DNA of 64,000 nt, taken from contig OZ037767.1 of NCBI GenBank assembly GCA_964035545.1, forward strand, positions 30,086,628 to 30,150,627, given 5' to 3'. The notes beneath the pieces were generated by a model, which saw only the letters and a list, made by a program, of their open reading frames with translations, made no database searches and was not told where the DNA came from. Below are positions 1-14,700 of this stretch, piece after piece (the first letter of the stretch is position 1; each line of letters begins with the position of its first letter). The translations under genes were made by a program, and so were the position numbers. This DNA comes from Bugula neritina (taxonomy: Eukaryota > Animalia > Bryozoa).

Positions 1-310
<310 letters not shown>

Positions 311-773
311 GCCAAATATTTACCACAAAATTCAAAAATAGCATAAATTAAGTAGTATTACATTTATAGCAACTGTAACGTATTTTGTGTATAATGGTTA
401 TTGCAAGCATTATTCAATTCATATTCACATTGTAATCACAGCGAAGCTTTAACTTTATAGCTTTGTATTTATGTGCATGATTGAGTTTTAATTTTTCTTT
501 TAATTTTATGTGCATTAAAAATGTGTTTAAAAACTTTACCAATAAAAAAAATGAAAAAAAATGTACACATAAAATAGAAAAAAAATAAAATAACAAAAGT
601 GGCAAAATTTTTCCTTTATAACTTATATAAACTCGCGGTACCAATCTCGGCATAATGGCGCCCATATGATTCCGTAAGATTTGCTAATGGCAACACTCTT
701 AAATATACCACACTGAGGGTAAATGAAGAAGCTAAGTTATTTGTCAAAGTAGATGGAGTGAGTAAACATCAGG

Positions 774-3700
774 CTATCTGTTGAAAACTGTGCCAAGGTC
801 AAGGTTATCATCGTCAGCATGATCAACATCAGTGAAGTCAATGTTGTTGTGAGTGAGAAGAGCTTGCAGCTGTAACAATAATAGTACAATAATTATACTA
901 TCAATATTGCATAACAATTTCAATAATTATAGGCATATTGTACCTAAAAGCGTACTTAAATGAATTTGGAGCACTGTGACGTAAACATTTAGTAACATAT
1001 GCCCACATAAAAAATATAATATAAACAATTGAAATGACTTAACATGACTTAACCAGCAAACGTCATTTGCCGGTAAATCAAATACTGGTGTATCAAATAA
1101 TATATTTAAAGTAATATATAGAAATAGCTAAAAAGCCCACGACTCATTTTGAGAGTAAAAGACAACTCCAACATACCATAGTTTCCATTCTCTCATTCTG
1201 TGAAAGAAGTTCCTTAGTTCTTGTGTTCACTTTACTGAGTTGAGTTTTGAGACGTTCTTGTTCTTCCATCACCTTCTCAATGTCGTCCTGTAATAGCAAT
1301 ACTAGACTACAATAGTCCTAGAACACTAGACAACACGTATAACTCATCAAATATAGCCCTATATTACTAGACAGCATTTAGAGCTCATCAAATATAGCCC
1401 TTTATTACTAGACAACATGCATAACTTATTTAATATAGCCGTGTAATACTAAACAGCCAGTAGAAATTAATCAATATGATAGTAGAATACTACAATACTC
1501 TTCAACAGAGCATAGCATAATTTCTAGCCACCTCCTCTCATGTTAAACAAACTCTCTCTTTAAGCACTGCAGATTAAAGATTACAGTCTGAACTCTGAAG
1601 ATATATCAACAACTCTACTAGAGTGCTTAGCCACAGTACCAATAAATTTAAAAAGCAGCACACGAGAAGGCCGGATTGGCACCCTTTCTGTACTAACAGG
1701 AATCAAAGCGCCTGATAAGAATGCCTGCGACTATTCAACCGTAAAATCTTTAATAAGTGGACAAGTGCCTTAGAAAAAAACTGTAAACTTACAAATTCAA
1801 AGTATTGAAGCAAATGCTATTGTTTAATGAGTATAAGAGAAACTACTGACTTATAGCAAATAAAAAATGTACAACCATGCTGAAATGCTGATGAGATGTG
1901 AATGTATCGCACCAGTTCAGGGTTGAGCGCTGTCACCAGATCCATAGAGCTCATACCAGACACAACAGCGCCAGCTCCTCCTGCACAGCACTTCCTGGAA
2001 AAGTCATTGGAGAATCGGTTGGGTTTTACTTTTAGCAGTCTCATTATGTTCTTTTTGGTGAAGTACTCTGGCAGCATGGACTCTACGGTGAGAGCTAATT
2101 CAACCTACAGCAAACAACATCGCTGCCAAAATACAGCAAACAGCATCACTGCCAAAATACAGTACACGACATCGCTGTCAAAAAATAGACTTTGCTGTGA
2201 GAGCCAAAATACAGCAAACAGTTAGGTTCTTTATACCCTAGGCTTTTTTCTGCAGCGCATTCAACTCAAGGCTAGATAGACTGAATTAATATTAAATTTT
2301 AACATACAATCAAAAATATTTAAATTTGAGTGAGGGAACTATTGAATGATGTGCAAAACTTGCCTTACCACGAATTGTGAATAATGATTTAGAAAAAGCA
2401 CAATTGTTATAGACGAAAAATAGTTTCATGAGCATCAAGTAATGAGAAAACAATTGCTACTGTCTTCAGGAATAAAATTGTTTGTAAAAGAATGATAGCT
2501 CCCCGACTCACAGAAGAACAACAAAACTACATATTTAAAGGAAAGATAACTTTCGATTAGTGGAGTGACACTCCTAGACTCTCATCTATTGAAGAAGAAT
2601 ACTTCTACTGAAAGACAACTTTTCAATCCGTTTAAAGATAGTTGTTTATATAATAAGAGATGACAGCCTTTATAAGGATAAGATAACACTCAAAGAATGC
2701 TAACAATGAACAACAATAATAGTTTAAAGTTTCAAGAAATGACAAATACTAAACCCATTGGTAGGTGACCATAATGAGATGTAAAAACAAACCTGCATAG
2801 CCATCCTCGTCAGCACAGCTTGTTCTTGTACACCTTTGATGTCATCAACAGCCAAACCAACCTACAGAAGCATCATACAACCTTAGACTGTACACAGAGT
2901 CAATATATTGATCTGCCATGTTAGTAGTAACTTACGAGCAAGTAGCTACTAAGTAACTTACGAGTAAGTAGCTACTAAGTAACTTACGAGTAAGTAGCTA
3001 CTAAGTAACTTACGAGTAAGTAGCTACTAAATAACTTACGAGTAAGTAGCTACTAAATAACTTACGAGCAAGTAGCTACTAAGTAACTTACAAGCAAGTA
3101 GCTACTAAGTAACTTACGAGTAAGTAGCTACTAAATAACTTACGAGCAAGTAGCTACTAAATAACTTACAAGCAAGTAGCAACTAAGTAACTAAGTACTC
3201 CTATGGTGAGAAGCTGATTTGGTGAGAGAGAACTTACGAGTAAGTTCATGATGATGATTGACATGACCACAATGAATATCACGAATATAATGTACGCCGC
3301 GTGAGGATAGTAGACTACAACTCCGTCCTCATTGAATATTGAGTCAAACTCAAACTCTCCGATCATCATGATGGCTGTTTTAAGCAGCGAGTTCTCCACT
3401 TCCTTGAACGGAGCCTGGAACAACAGACAAGATAAAATCATTTGCAACAAAATATAAACACTTTCGAACAGCATACAAAGAAAGGTTTATGGTTTGATAT
3501 TGTTTTCATTGTTTATCTGATTGTTATTGAGAAAACAACTGTAGGCTGCTGTAAGAGCACTGCCCTAGTTTGATACAGCTACATGTGTCAGGTCATGGGT
3601 TCAAGTCTTGGCAAGGTTATTGATGATGTCAGAAAACGCATTTAGATCATAATTATTTCTGTACCAGGTTTCCAGTATGGTGAGACGTACAATCCTTAAA

Positions 3701-6700
3701 CTACTTAATAACTCTTGTAGGAAATTCTCAGAGGGATGGATATTTTCTCACTGGTACATAATATTTGATAACATTATATTTATATGGTTGCTAGATCTCG
3801 CTATATACATACTGTTTCATACTTATACTATACCATGTTACATACTTTATCATATTCAATTATTGTAAATTAAGTAATGCAAACCTGATTGGACAACAGC
3901 ATGTAGAAGCTGATGGCGAATCCAATTAGGAAGAGAAAGAATACGATGAAGAACTGCATGAATGTCGCCAGAATGTGAGTGAACATGACGACGTAGATAC
4001 CAAACCGAGGTAGTTTCCGGATGATCAGAATAAGCTCCATCCAGGCTAGGAACACGGCTACAGTTCCAGTCTGCCATTGCCACGGCTAGAATAAAACCAT
4101 ATGATGATGATAAACATGGTGACTCATTATTAGACCCAAAAACAAATCAACCAAATGGAAATGTAAAAGAAGAGACACCTGCACCTGCTTTGCTGTGTAA
4201 CCAACCACCAAACTCTACCAAACAGATAATAATGTTGGTTAGCGTCAATTTTTATTACTATGTCTTGAAAAAAGTTAGCGATTTACACAATCTAATCAAC
4301 TTGGAGTTATGCCTACTATAAAAATAGGCTTATAACATCAACATTGCTTACATAAAATATAGCACAGAGTTGGAGTATTCTATTTCCTAAACTATATTTT
4401 CTCAGCCGATATAACTCCATGCTTCATGTATGTAGACTGAGTTCTACATAGACAGAACTGATATTCAACGGTGTCTAAATATATTTAAATTGAGCTCAGA
4501 ATAACATGTCTCATATACAGCTTTCCTGCTGTGCTTCTGTGTGCCATAAAGTGCTTAAAAATAAGAACGCGCTATAACATGAGATGACAACTCCTTACCT
4601 CTCGATAGTGTGGGTTCTTACTGAAAGGTATAACAAACAACAGGGACGTAACATAAAGGACCCATTCCAAAATGTTCTCGTAGCCAAAATAACTCAACTT
4701 GGCATTTATCAACTGGAATATCTGCAACCGAAGAACAAAATGTAAAGAAAAATAATATAACAGCTGTATGTAGATTAAGCCGTATAGATAATTTAAACAA
4801 GGGAGATAATTAAAGAATACACTTATATAAAACACGTACAAGCTAAAATGGGTGATATCAGAAATATGATCTGATGATTATAAACATTCTAAGACAAAAT
4901 AATTACTAAATAAGAAGAAAATACTTATAAGTATTTTCTTCTTATCTAGTAATTATTTTGTCTAAGAATGTTTATAATCATCGGCTTATATTTTATAAAT
5001 AAAATATAATCAAACGCCATCATGTTAAAATGAAAGGCTTCTTAAGCTAAAAGTAATGACAACTCCCACCTCCAACACCAGGCGTATTCCAATGATAATA
5101 ATGGCCACGTATATACCAAAGTCAACAAATATCTCTCGCTGGATTCTCCGTGCCGTATCAGTCGGTAAAGTCAAGTTATTATCTTCCATAAACGCAACCT
5201 GGTCGTCGACACTGGCATCACTCACAGTCTTAGCACTGTACTTAGGGTCAAAGTCATCAGTCACTCTGCAATCATCACAGATGGTTGTTTTAAAAACTAA
5301 ACATTTCAACTTTCAAATTTTATCTTGATTATAGCACCAAATATTACCAAAACTTAGGTTTTAAAAATTGGAGTTACACTCTAAACTCTAAAGCATTATT
5401 TCTCATTGCATTTAAAGACCATTTGACTGATAGACAAACTTTAATGCAGTTTTTAACCGATCAACAAGAGTTGTCTTCCTTCTCAAAAACGAACTATAAA
5501 AATAAGGATTAAAAACCATGTTAACATACTTAATCACACATGACATCGAATAAAAAAAACAGTAAAACATTTAAACAGAATAAAAAAACAACCGTGCGCC
5601 AATTGCTTTAGACAAAGCTAGACACAAGCTAGGAACTCACACTGTGATGGGAGATGGCACAGTGAGAGCAAATCCGCTAATGAATATGAGGTAGATGAGG
5701 TAGACAATGAGGTTGGAGTAGTAGAAGTAGCGTCCCACTGTATGCCACTTGTGTCTCAGTAGACTGGTGGTTAAGGGATGGGCTAGCAGATCTTCCCTTT
5801 CACTTCTTACCTACAACCAGTCACACCAGCTGCACCACTCCATTCAACCAACAGAATTACATTACAAGAATTCCAGTTGCATTCCAGAACTTTCCATGCT
5901 AAAACTGAGTAGCAGTAAACCAACTTATGTACACATCATTAAATGTCACAGTAATTTATCAATAATACTACTTGTAGCGTAGCTCAGTCTACAAGCACTG
6001 CTGGCACTTGGAGTCTAGGGATAATCTGCTGCGTTGTAGTAAGGGAGAAAGAGGAACCTAATAACACATTTCCTTACAGAGTATAGAATGTCTACACATG
6101 CATACCATGATCATAAGAGGATGGTTCTTCTTGATGTCAGACTTATAGCTAGTGTAGGGTCTCGCGTCCTCCAGAACTTTGTTATCCTCGCCGTATGCAG
6201 ACCCCCCTACAATAGATAAATAATGCAGTTAGGAATCGCAACTCTGAATAATATTTCCTTTCATAACTCTCTTACTGCATCTTTCGGTTAATAGTAGCTG
6301 ATTGAGTAACAGGCTAACTAAAATTAGCCCCAAAACCTACCATATACTGAGTTGTTGTCAAAGCCCCTACTCGAACCCTCCTCATACTCCCAGGAAGTGT
6401 ACTGGTCGTCTAGCAACTCATAATTAAATGTGATCTGAAACTTGGCGCTCTCTGGGCTGTACTCGTTGGTGGTGGTGCACTTCTGGAACACTGTCTCTGC
6501 CAGATCTGAAGGAAATACAACGAGCAGTGAGTGCATAGATATACACGGAATCCAGTGTATCTTTCTCCAGAGAAGTAATGGAATAGATGTTATACTTTTT
6601 AGAAAGAGAACTGGTTACAGTATCTGGTTACAGTATCTGGTTACAGTAACTGGTTACAGTATCTGGTTACAGTATCTGGTTACAGTATCTGGTTACAGTA

Positions 6701-9700
6701 TCTGGTTACTGTAACTGGTTACAGTATCTGGTTACAGTATCTGGTTACAGTATCTGGTTACAGTATCTGGTTACAGTAACTGGTTACAGTATCTGGTTAC
6801 AAATAAAATATATTATTGAAACTTCAAGACACAATTTTGTGACAAAATACTCATTTCTGTAGTCAAAAATATTTTGCATTATCAAATAACAAATTCTCGA
6901 ATTATTTCGAATTGTTTTCTTAAAAGGGAAGTAGTTCTTATTGGAGGATTTAAGGTAACGCATCATTTAAATGTCGCTGCATTTGTTTGCAAATTATATG
7001 ACAAGCCATCTAAAGGTATTTAACACATTTTTAGGATATATGCCTAACATTCTGTATTAACAACTTAAAAGCTAAAAACTGTGTTCTACAATTTGATGCA
7101 TGTAAAAACCTACCAGGCATCTTTCGAATGAGCTTTCTCATGGGTGTAACCCTCATTCCGTCTTTCAAATCAAGATGGGCTTGTTTCATAGCCTCCAACC
7201 ATTTGTCAGAGTTGAGGATAGCCTGCACTACCTCCCTGAAGTACAAGAAGAGGGTTCATATAACTGAGACAGAAAATAAACTTTCCTTGAAAAGTCTGAA
7301 ACAATATCAAGTATAAACTATAACATTTCTACCGAACAAAATGAAACTGCATGAAATGAACTTGTTTTGGACAACGGTTTAGTGTACCATAAAACGATAG
7401 AAATTAAGTAAGTATATAGAGCTTTAAAAAATGACAACTACATGCATTTTTTGACACAACTTTGATATAATTTTTGCCTCAATATATGATGCTCAAGTAG
7501 CACAATTGTAAATTAAACAATCCCAGTTTTACTGGCCAGAATGTTCATTATTTATTTATGGCTGCAAGTACAATAGAAACAAAGACAATATCAAATAATT
7601 TAATGAAAATTGTCCATTAAGTTACGAATAGCTATCCTGTACTAATGCCACACACATTAACACCAAAACATTTCTGCACTAGCTTCACAATATGGTTATT
7701 TGGGATATCAGCTACATTCTCTTTACAGTAACATATAGATCTACACTCACTTATGACCTTGTATATACAGTAATATATAGATCTACACTTACTTATGACC
7801 TTGTATATACAGTAACATATAGATCTACACTTACTTATGACTTTGTATATACAGTAACATATAGATCTACACTTACTTATGACCCTTATCTATGGCCAAG
7901 TCCATACAGTTGAACTCATTTGCAGTTCTAATGGTGACATCAGCTCCTTTCTCTATGAGTAACTTAACAGATTCAGCGTGTCCGTGTTTACATGCCAAAT
8001 GCAGGGGCGTGGTTTTAGATTTATCAGTTGGGTCTATGGGCGAATCATAATCCAGGAGACATTTTATCATCTTAGTTCTGCCATTTGCTGCAGCGCAGTC
8101 AATCGGTGTCCAGAGTGTACAATTTCTGAAAGTAAAGCCTTCCACATTATTACATCAATTACTCATCTATAGAAAAGACAACTCCAAGTTACTACGACAA
8201 AATACAAATGTGTTATAACCAAAGGGTAGTGATTTATTGCTTCTGGCTCATTTAGGAAATCTGAAATAAATCAACTCCTAAGAAATAGCTACAGCAACAA
8301 AACTATGTCGTAATTGTTTCTATGCTACATTAAAAAAAGTCCTTAGCCCACTTTAAACAAAACCCCCGAACCACCAAAGAGGGTTTATCACAGAGATAGT
8401 GACTTGATGCTGTCGAACGATTTACTCACACCGCACAATATAACCTACCGGGCAGCGATATCTGCTCCAGCCTCCAGAAGAACTGCTGCCACCTTCGTAT
8501 GACCTTCAAGAGCTGCCAGATGCAGTGGCGTGTTGGAGTTCTCATCGTAATCATTTATTATCGTCTTGTCGGTCTACAAGTCACCATAATTTTACTTTTA
8601 CTAATTACTGAGAACAGAGTTGTCTGCTCATGATAGAGACTACACAAAATACCCAGAAACACAACACACAGTACATGGAGTTGAGAAGAATGTGCAGAAG
8701 GGAGGTGCTAGTCTAAACATTCCACAGAGTTTATTCACAGCAAGTATGAAATATACTCCATTATTACAGGGGATACCGGGCTATAAAACAATAGCTCTAG
8801 TGTAGCCCTGAGGAGAATATCACAATGTAATCACTGCATTAAATATATTTCAACTAGATTTTGGCATATATTTTTGTGATGAGAGAAAAGAAATTCTATG
8901 ACATAATAGTTAGGTATATGGACAGAGTGTGTTGAGATAGTGAGATGGTGAGGAGATGGTACACTACGTAGTTTACCTCACGAGCATGCTAACCATTCGG
9001 CATGTAACAAATACAATATCATATAATATGACATAATATATTATAACAAAACATAATATAAAATAATATGATACAAAATAACAATAAAATATAACATAGT
9101 ATAACAAAACGTAATATAATACAATACAACATGACATCATATGATAAAATGAAAATTATCAAACTATTTCAATCTACAATCAAAACAGCAAGAATACCGC
9201 CACTAGCAAATATTTGCTTGGTGGGTAGTTCGAGGGACTTAGAAGCCAATAGTCTCCGTTCTTACAATTTCTATATAATGCCAGATGGAATTTTTTGAAA
9301 AATTACCAGATTAGAAAGCACAGGCTATTTAAAATGGTTCCACTGTCATACATACCTCTCCCTAGTCAATATTCTTAAGTGACAGTTGAAACATTGGTTT
9401 TCTCAACTCAAAGTTGAATGTATGGGTTTAAGTTTCCCTATACTCTTTGCATGCATGTTATGTCTATTCTAGACCATATAATTCAAACTAGCTGTATAAC
9501 AACTATACCCAATCTCAAAAGGTGTATCATAAATTCATTAGCCAATCTAAAAAGCTGCATTACTGGGTGCGACTAAGGAGCATGAACTATATTATTTGAA
9601 GACATTCTGTCACTTGATTAGCGAGTGAGGTGGTGAAGCTCACATTCTGCATAACAGTGCATAAAGTGCAGTTCAGCTGGATACAAATTTCAGACGTAAA

Positions 9701-11706
9701 CTGAATGGCCCTCAGTTTAGCTAACCAACTTTCTATCATGAGTGGACGATCTTAGCATGCAGCACTATCTGGTGGCGGAGGTACAGTAATGGAGAAATTA
9801 AGAGACAGCCTGTGGTCTATATTAATAGAGCAAAAAGTTTTTCTCTCCTCAATTCAAATTTCATGGATAATGAAGGAGTTTAGGCTACTAAAATTTCTCC
9901 GTTACTATACCTAAATGATCTAATGCAGATTGCAGCGACTTACAGCTCTTTATATCTGGGAAATGATACCGTAGATGTACTAACAATGTGTGTATATATT
10001 TAGATACAGAACTGGCATTATGTCTTTAGTATGTTGCACAATACAATCATTTTGGACACGCCATCACTAGTAACTATCAATGTCACTACTGTGAGGAGAG
10101 TCAGTACTGACAGTATGACTACTCTCATACGAAAGGGCACTGAAAGGGAGCTGGGTTACTTCAATATATTTTGGCTAATATATAAACAGCAAATACTTAT
10201 ACTAGAGTAATAAATGCTGCCAGCTGAGTGTATACCTTAGTGAGCAGCTTGACGATATGAGTCATACCACTCTGTGCTGCCAGGTGTAAAGGTGTCTGTT
10301 CCTCGTCTGTTTTATCACTGATGTCAGCCTCAAACTCCAGTAGCACCTGCACCACATTGCATCAGATGTCATTTTGACATGCACTTATGAGTATAGTATG
10401 TCACATTTTACATGTACAATGAAAACACCTGATCGAAATGATAAAACCTGTGTAATGTAACGGATTGACAACCAAGTAGTGTAAGTGAGATTACATATAC
10501 TTGAATTTATGGTTATAAACAATTACATGTATAGCAAACTAATTTCGTGATTAATAATTATGTAATATACAATTGCTACATAATACTCTAGACTCTAGAG
10601 ATGGATAATTTCCCCCAATAGCCTTGGCTCTTTACCAATAGAGACTTCATTTGGAAAGCTAACCTTAACACATTCAATGTACCCTTTCTGAGCAGCTACA
10701 TGAAGAGGGGCCTTGCCATACATATCATTAGCATCGAGTAGATCAGAACCTCCTGGGGTCTTCAACAGTGCCTGGAAACAATACCAGAGCTTTTAAGCTT
10801 AACGTTTATACCTGCTGCCAACTAGGGAAACATATCAGTCAACAGAAAGAAGTAATCAAATATTTAAATGAATAGGGCAGCAGTTAATGAAGTCAGCTGA
10901 AATGAAGTCTTTACAGCAATTATATCCGGATTGTTCTCTTCTGCCGCCCAGTGTAACGCTGTTCTCTCATTCTTATCTGTGACGGAGATGTTAGCTCCGA
11001 GGTGAATCAGCATCTTCAGAGATGCCACGTGTCCGTAACTAGCAGCTATGAGCAGAGGAGTGAAGTTATCTTTATCGGCTCTCTCTAACTTTGCTCGCCT
11101 AAACATTACAACGAATCATTTCAGTTTGTTATCATCAAAACCCAATTAGACAAGCCACATTAGAACAAATACACACACCACTCTGACAAGCATTTACCTC
11201 TTCACCAAATACTCAATGACCTCTGTATTGTCGTAGGCCGTAGCTCTGTGGAGAGCTGTGGCCTGGTCGGAGTCCAGAGCATTGATCCTGGCGTTGTTCT
11301 CTACCAGCTTCTTCACGATTCTAATATCACCTGACGTGGCTGCTAGATGCAGGGGTGTAACGTAGTTCTGCCTGGGGGTGTTCACGTTAGCATCTGAAGA
11401 AAATAACAAGAGTTACTATATAGGGAAATATTGGGATGCAAACATCAGAATTTCTAAAAAGTATTTTCAACTATTCAACTGAAGATTTCCAAATGATATC
11501 TCTGATAGACAATATCTGAACAGCTTTTTATTACTCCCCTGTTTTACTACACCCCTGTGAGAATCTAGCACACTGCTAACTTACTCTTCTCCAGACAGAG
11601 GTTAACTACGTCGTAGTGTCCATTCTCCACTGCCAGATGTAGAGCAGTGTTTCCTTCATTGTCGTCGTCGGCTATCATCTATGAGCATACAATACAATAC
11701 ATACAC

Positions 11707-11776
<70 letters not shown>

Positions 11777-14700
11777 ATATATAGATGGAGTCAGAATCCT
11801 AGATAACTGCTCCTGTTGTAATAAAAGTCATGAATAAACTCGCCAGCCATTTTAGAAGCTTAGATGACAGTAAATAGTCTCAGCATATTGAGTAACCAAT
11901 CATAATCTGTCTTACATATACATATGCAACTAGAGCAACCCACTCATATACTAACCATCTGTGTAGTGACCCATGACCCCTGCTCCTCGGCTGCGTCCAG
12001 CAACATCTTCACCACATCTGTGTTACCCTCGGTGGCGGCCATATGCAACGGCGAGGAGCATTCGTCATCTACGCATCTCAGTTCGGCTCCTTTCAGAATC
12101 AGCAGACGGCAGCACTCCTTGTTGTCGTGGGTGGCAGCGAGATGGAGTGGCTGCATTAGCTGTTTATCAGCTGCCTAAAAAATGAAAGCTGACTGATTGG
12201 CTGCGTTAAGTAATTGCAGAGCGTATCTGCAGATATCAACTGCCGATATCTGCTGCAGATGCTCTCTGCAGATGCTCTCTGCAGATGCTCTCTGCAGATA
12301 TCTGCTGCATATAACTGTTACAGTTACAGCTACTAGTTGTAGATGGTAGTCTAAAACTGAGGATTTAAAACTCTGGTTTATGCATGAATAACAGAGTTTT
12401 GAGAAACAAACTAAGATATTTCTACTACAATCCCCAAATCAATCTCTATCCTCCACTGCCAAACACTGATGATGTGTGAACTTTTTATTTTATCATAAGA
12501 AGCCAACAGATAAGTCACAACACATGAGCCTCAACAAACTTTACAACATTATTTTATTATTACTTTATATAATACTGTCCTCAAAATTGTTTAAAGAAAC
12601 AATATTTACCTACCTTAATATTAACACCTTTCATGCAGAGTAAGTCCAGAAGGGCTGTTTCATTCCCTCTCATAGCAGCAAAGTGTAGCGGTGTGCTGCC
12701 ATAGTTATCCCTGGCATTTGGGTCAGCGCCATTCTCTACCAGAAATGCAATCACGCTGTCGGCCTTCACCTGGTGTGCTGAGAGGTCAACAACCTCTGCA
12801 GTGGATTCCACCTGACACCATACAGTATTTACTATAAGCTATGTCACTACCTTGTTTATTTTATTAGACGGACAAAACATTACGCTGATGCCTTGCAAAT
12901 GCAGTGGCTGGGTGTACAGGGCACTGTATACGCTCTTAGAGCAGGTCATGTGATCAGAATCAGTTGGTACTCCTTGCAGACTATCATATTGTAATGAGTA
13001 GCAATGTTCAAATACTGTATTATAATATACAACAGGATACAATATACAGACACCCTAATCACTGCAGAAGTAAAAGTCAACTTTCTAACTTTTCATAACT
13101 GATTCTTTTTGAATCTGTGAGCGTATTTAGAGTATGAGAAATTAGAAATCATAGATGGGTCACCAAACAACATAGATTTACAATACAACAAGCATGTGAA
13201 ACTGAAAATGGTATTCTAGCACAGAAATTGAATCAGTTGGCATGTTTGCAGAGGTTTTACCTGCCCATTGATTGGGGGGAAAGCAGGTTTACCATCACCA
13301 GAGGCAGCGGGGGCAGCGTCTGTGTCATCATCACCAGATATGTGTATGGTGGAGCTACCGTTAGCGTACTGGAACACATGCAGTCCACGTAGAAAACTTT
13401 ATCTAGTAGCTACACCTAACTTCTACACCTACCACGTACTACCTGCACCTACCACGTACTACCTACACCTACCCCGTACTACCTACACCTACCACGTACT
13501 ACCTACACCTACCACGTACTACCTACACCTACCACGTACTACCTAGACCTACACCTAGCACCTGGACACCTGCACCAACTAGCACCTAACTGTGAAAAGG
13601 GAAATTTACAAATACAACTAGGAACTAGGATAGTGTAAGGATTAGTTTTATTTTTAAAATGAGCTCAAAGACAGAATGCAGTGCATAGAGTAACATTTGC
13701 AATGCATTATATTGATTTACTTTAGTTTTTAAAGAGCTGCTGTAGCACTGTTTGTTAATATGTTGCTAAGTGATCTGTAATAGGGCAGCATACAAAAGAG
13801 CACTCCAAGTTTATTAATCTACTTATGAATAAATGATAGATGACTATACAGAGAGAGGGTAGTCCATTAACACAGAGTGAGAGGAAATTATATTAACAAG
13901 GAGGGTTTAACATCACTGCTATTATTTCATTAGCAACATTTCCCCAAGGCCATAAGCCAATTTCTATTATATTCTCAATGTTTGTCATGTTAGATTACTC
14001 ATGTCATAACAACCGACTATTTACAGCACATCCATGCAGTGAAACAAAATGCTGGCCAACATAGACGTTGTCAAGCTCTTAGTGACCCTCCCTGCTTGCT
14101 TGCTGATAAGAGAATAGCTCCAGGCAGATAGAGGCTTTGGTTAATAAGGAGGTATCACAAAGTAATAGCTGAGTTTTTATCACAAAATTCACACAGATTT
14201 GTTCATTAAGCTGAAATTAAGAAGTGAAAAATCAGTCACTAAATAAATATACGACTCAACATTGAGTAGGAGAGAAGACAAGACAACTAGTGGAGAGTTC
14301 AGATAATGAAAATTAAAACTGAAATGTCTCCTGTAACATTTCTTGATGTTTGTAACAAACTAAAAAGCCAGCGAATAAGGTGTTTGAATAATCAATGTAC
14401 GTATTTCGTTGTAAAACGTAAATAGCAATCAGCATGCAGTGCTTCAGTCACCCTGAACTACACAGTTAGAGTTATCTCCCCACATTAATGGTTAGTAAAC
14501 AGCTAAGGTCAAAGGTTACGTCATGCAGACTGTACTATAGTACATCAAGGGATATAACAGGAAGAAACCAGCATAAGATGAGCAAAGAATGGGTGTTTAC
14601 CTCCGACACATCTGCCAACATTGGGGTATCGGGACCCACTTCGATGACCTCAGAGTCAGAGAGAAGGTCAAGTTTGGCAGTCTGTAGTAAAATTAGGTAC

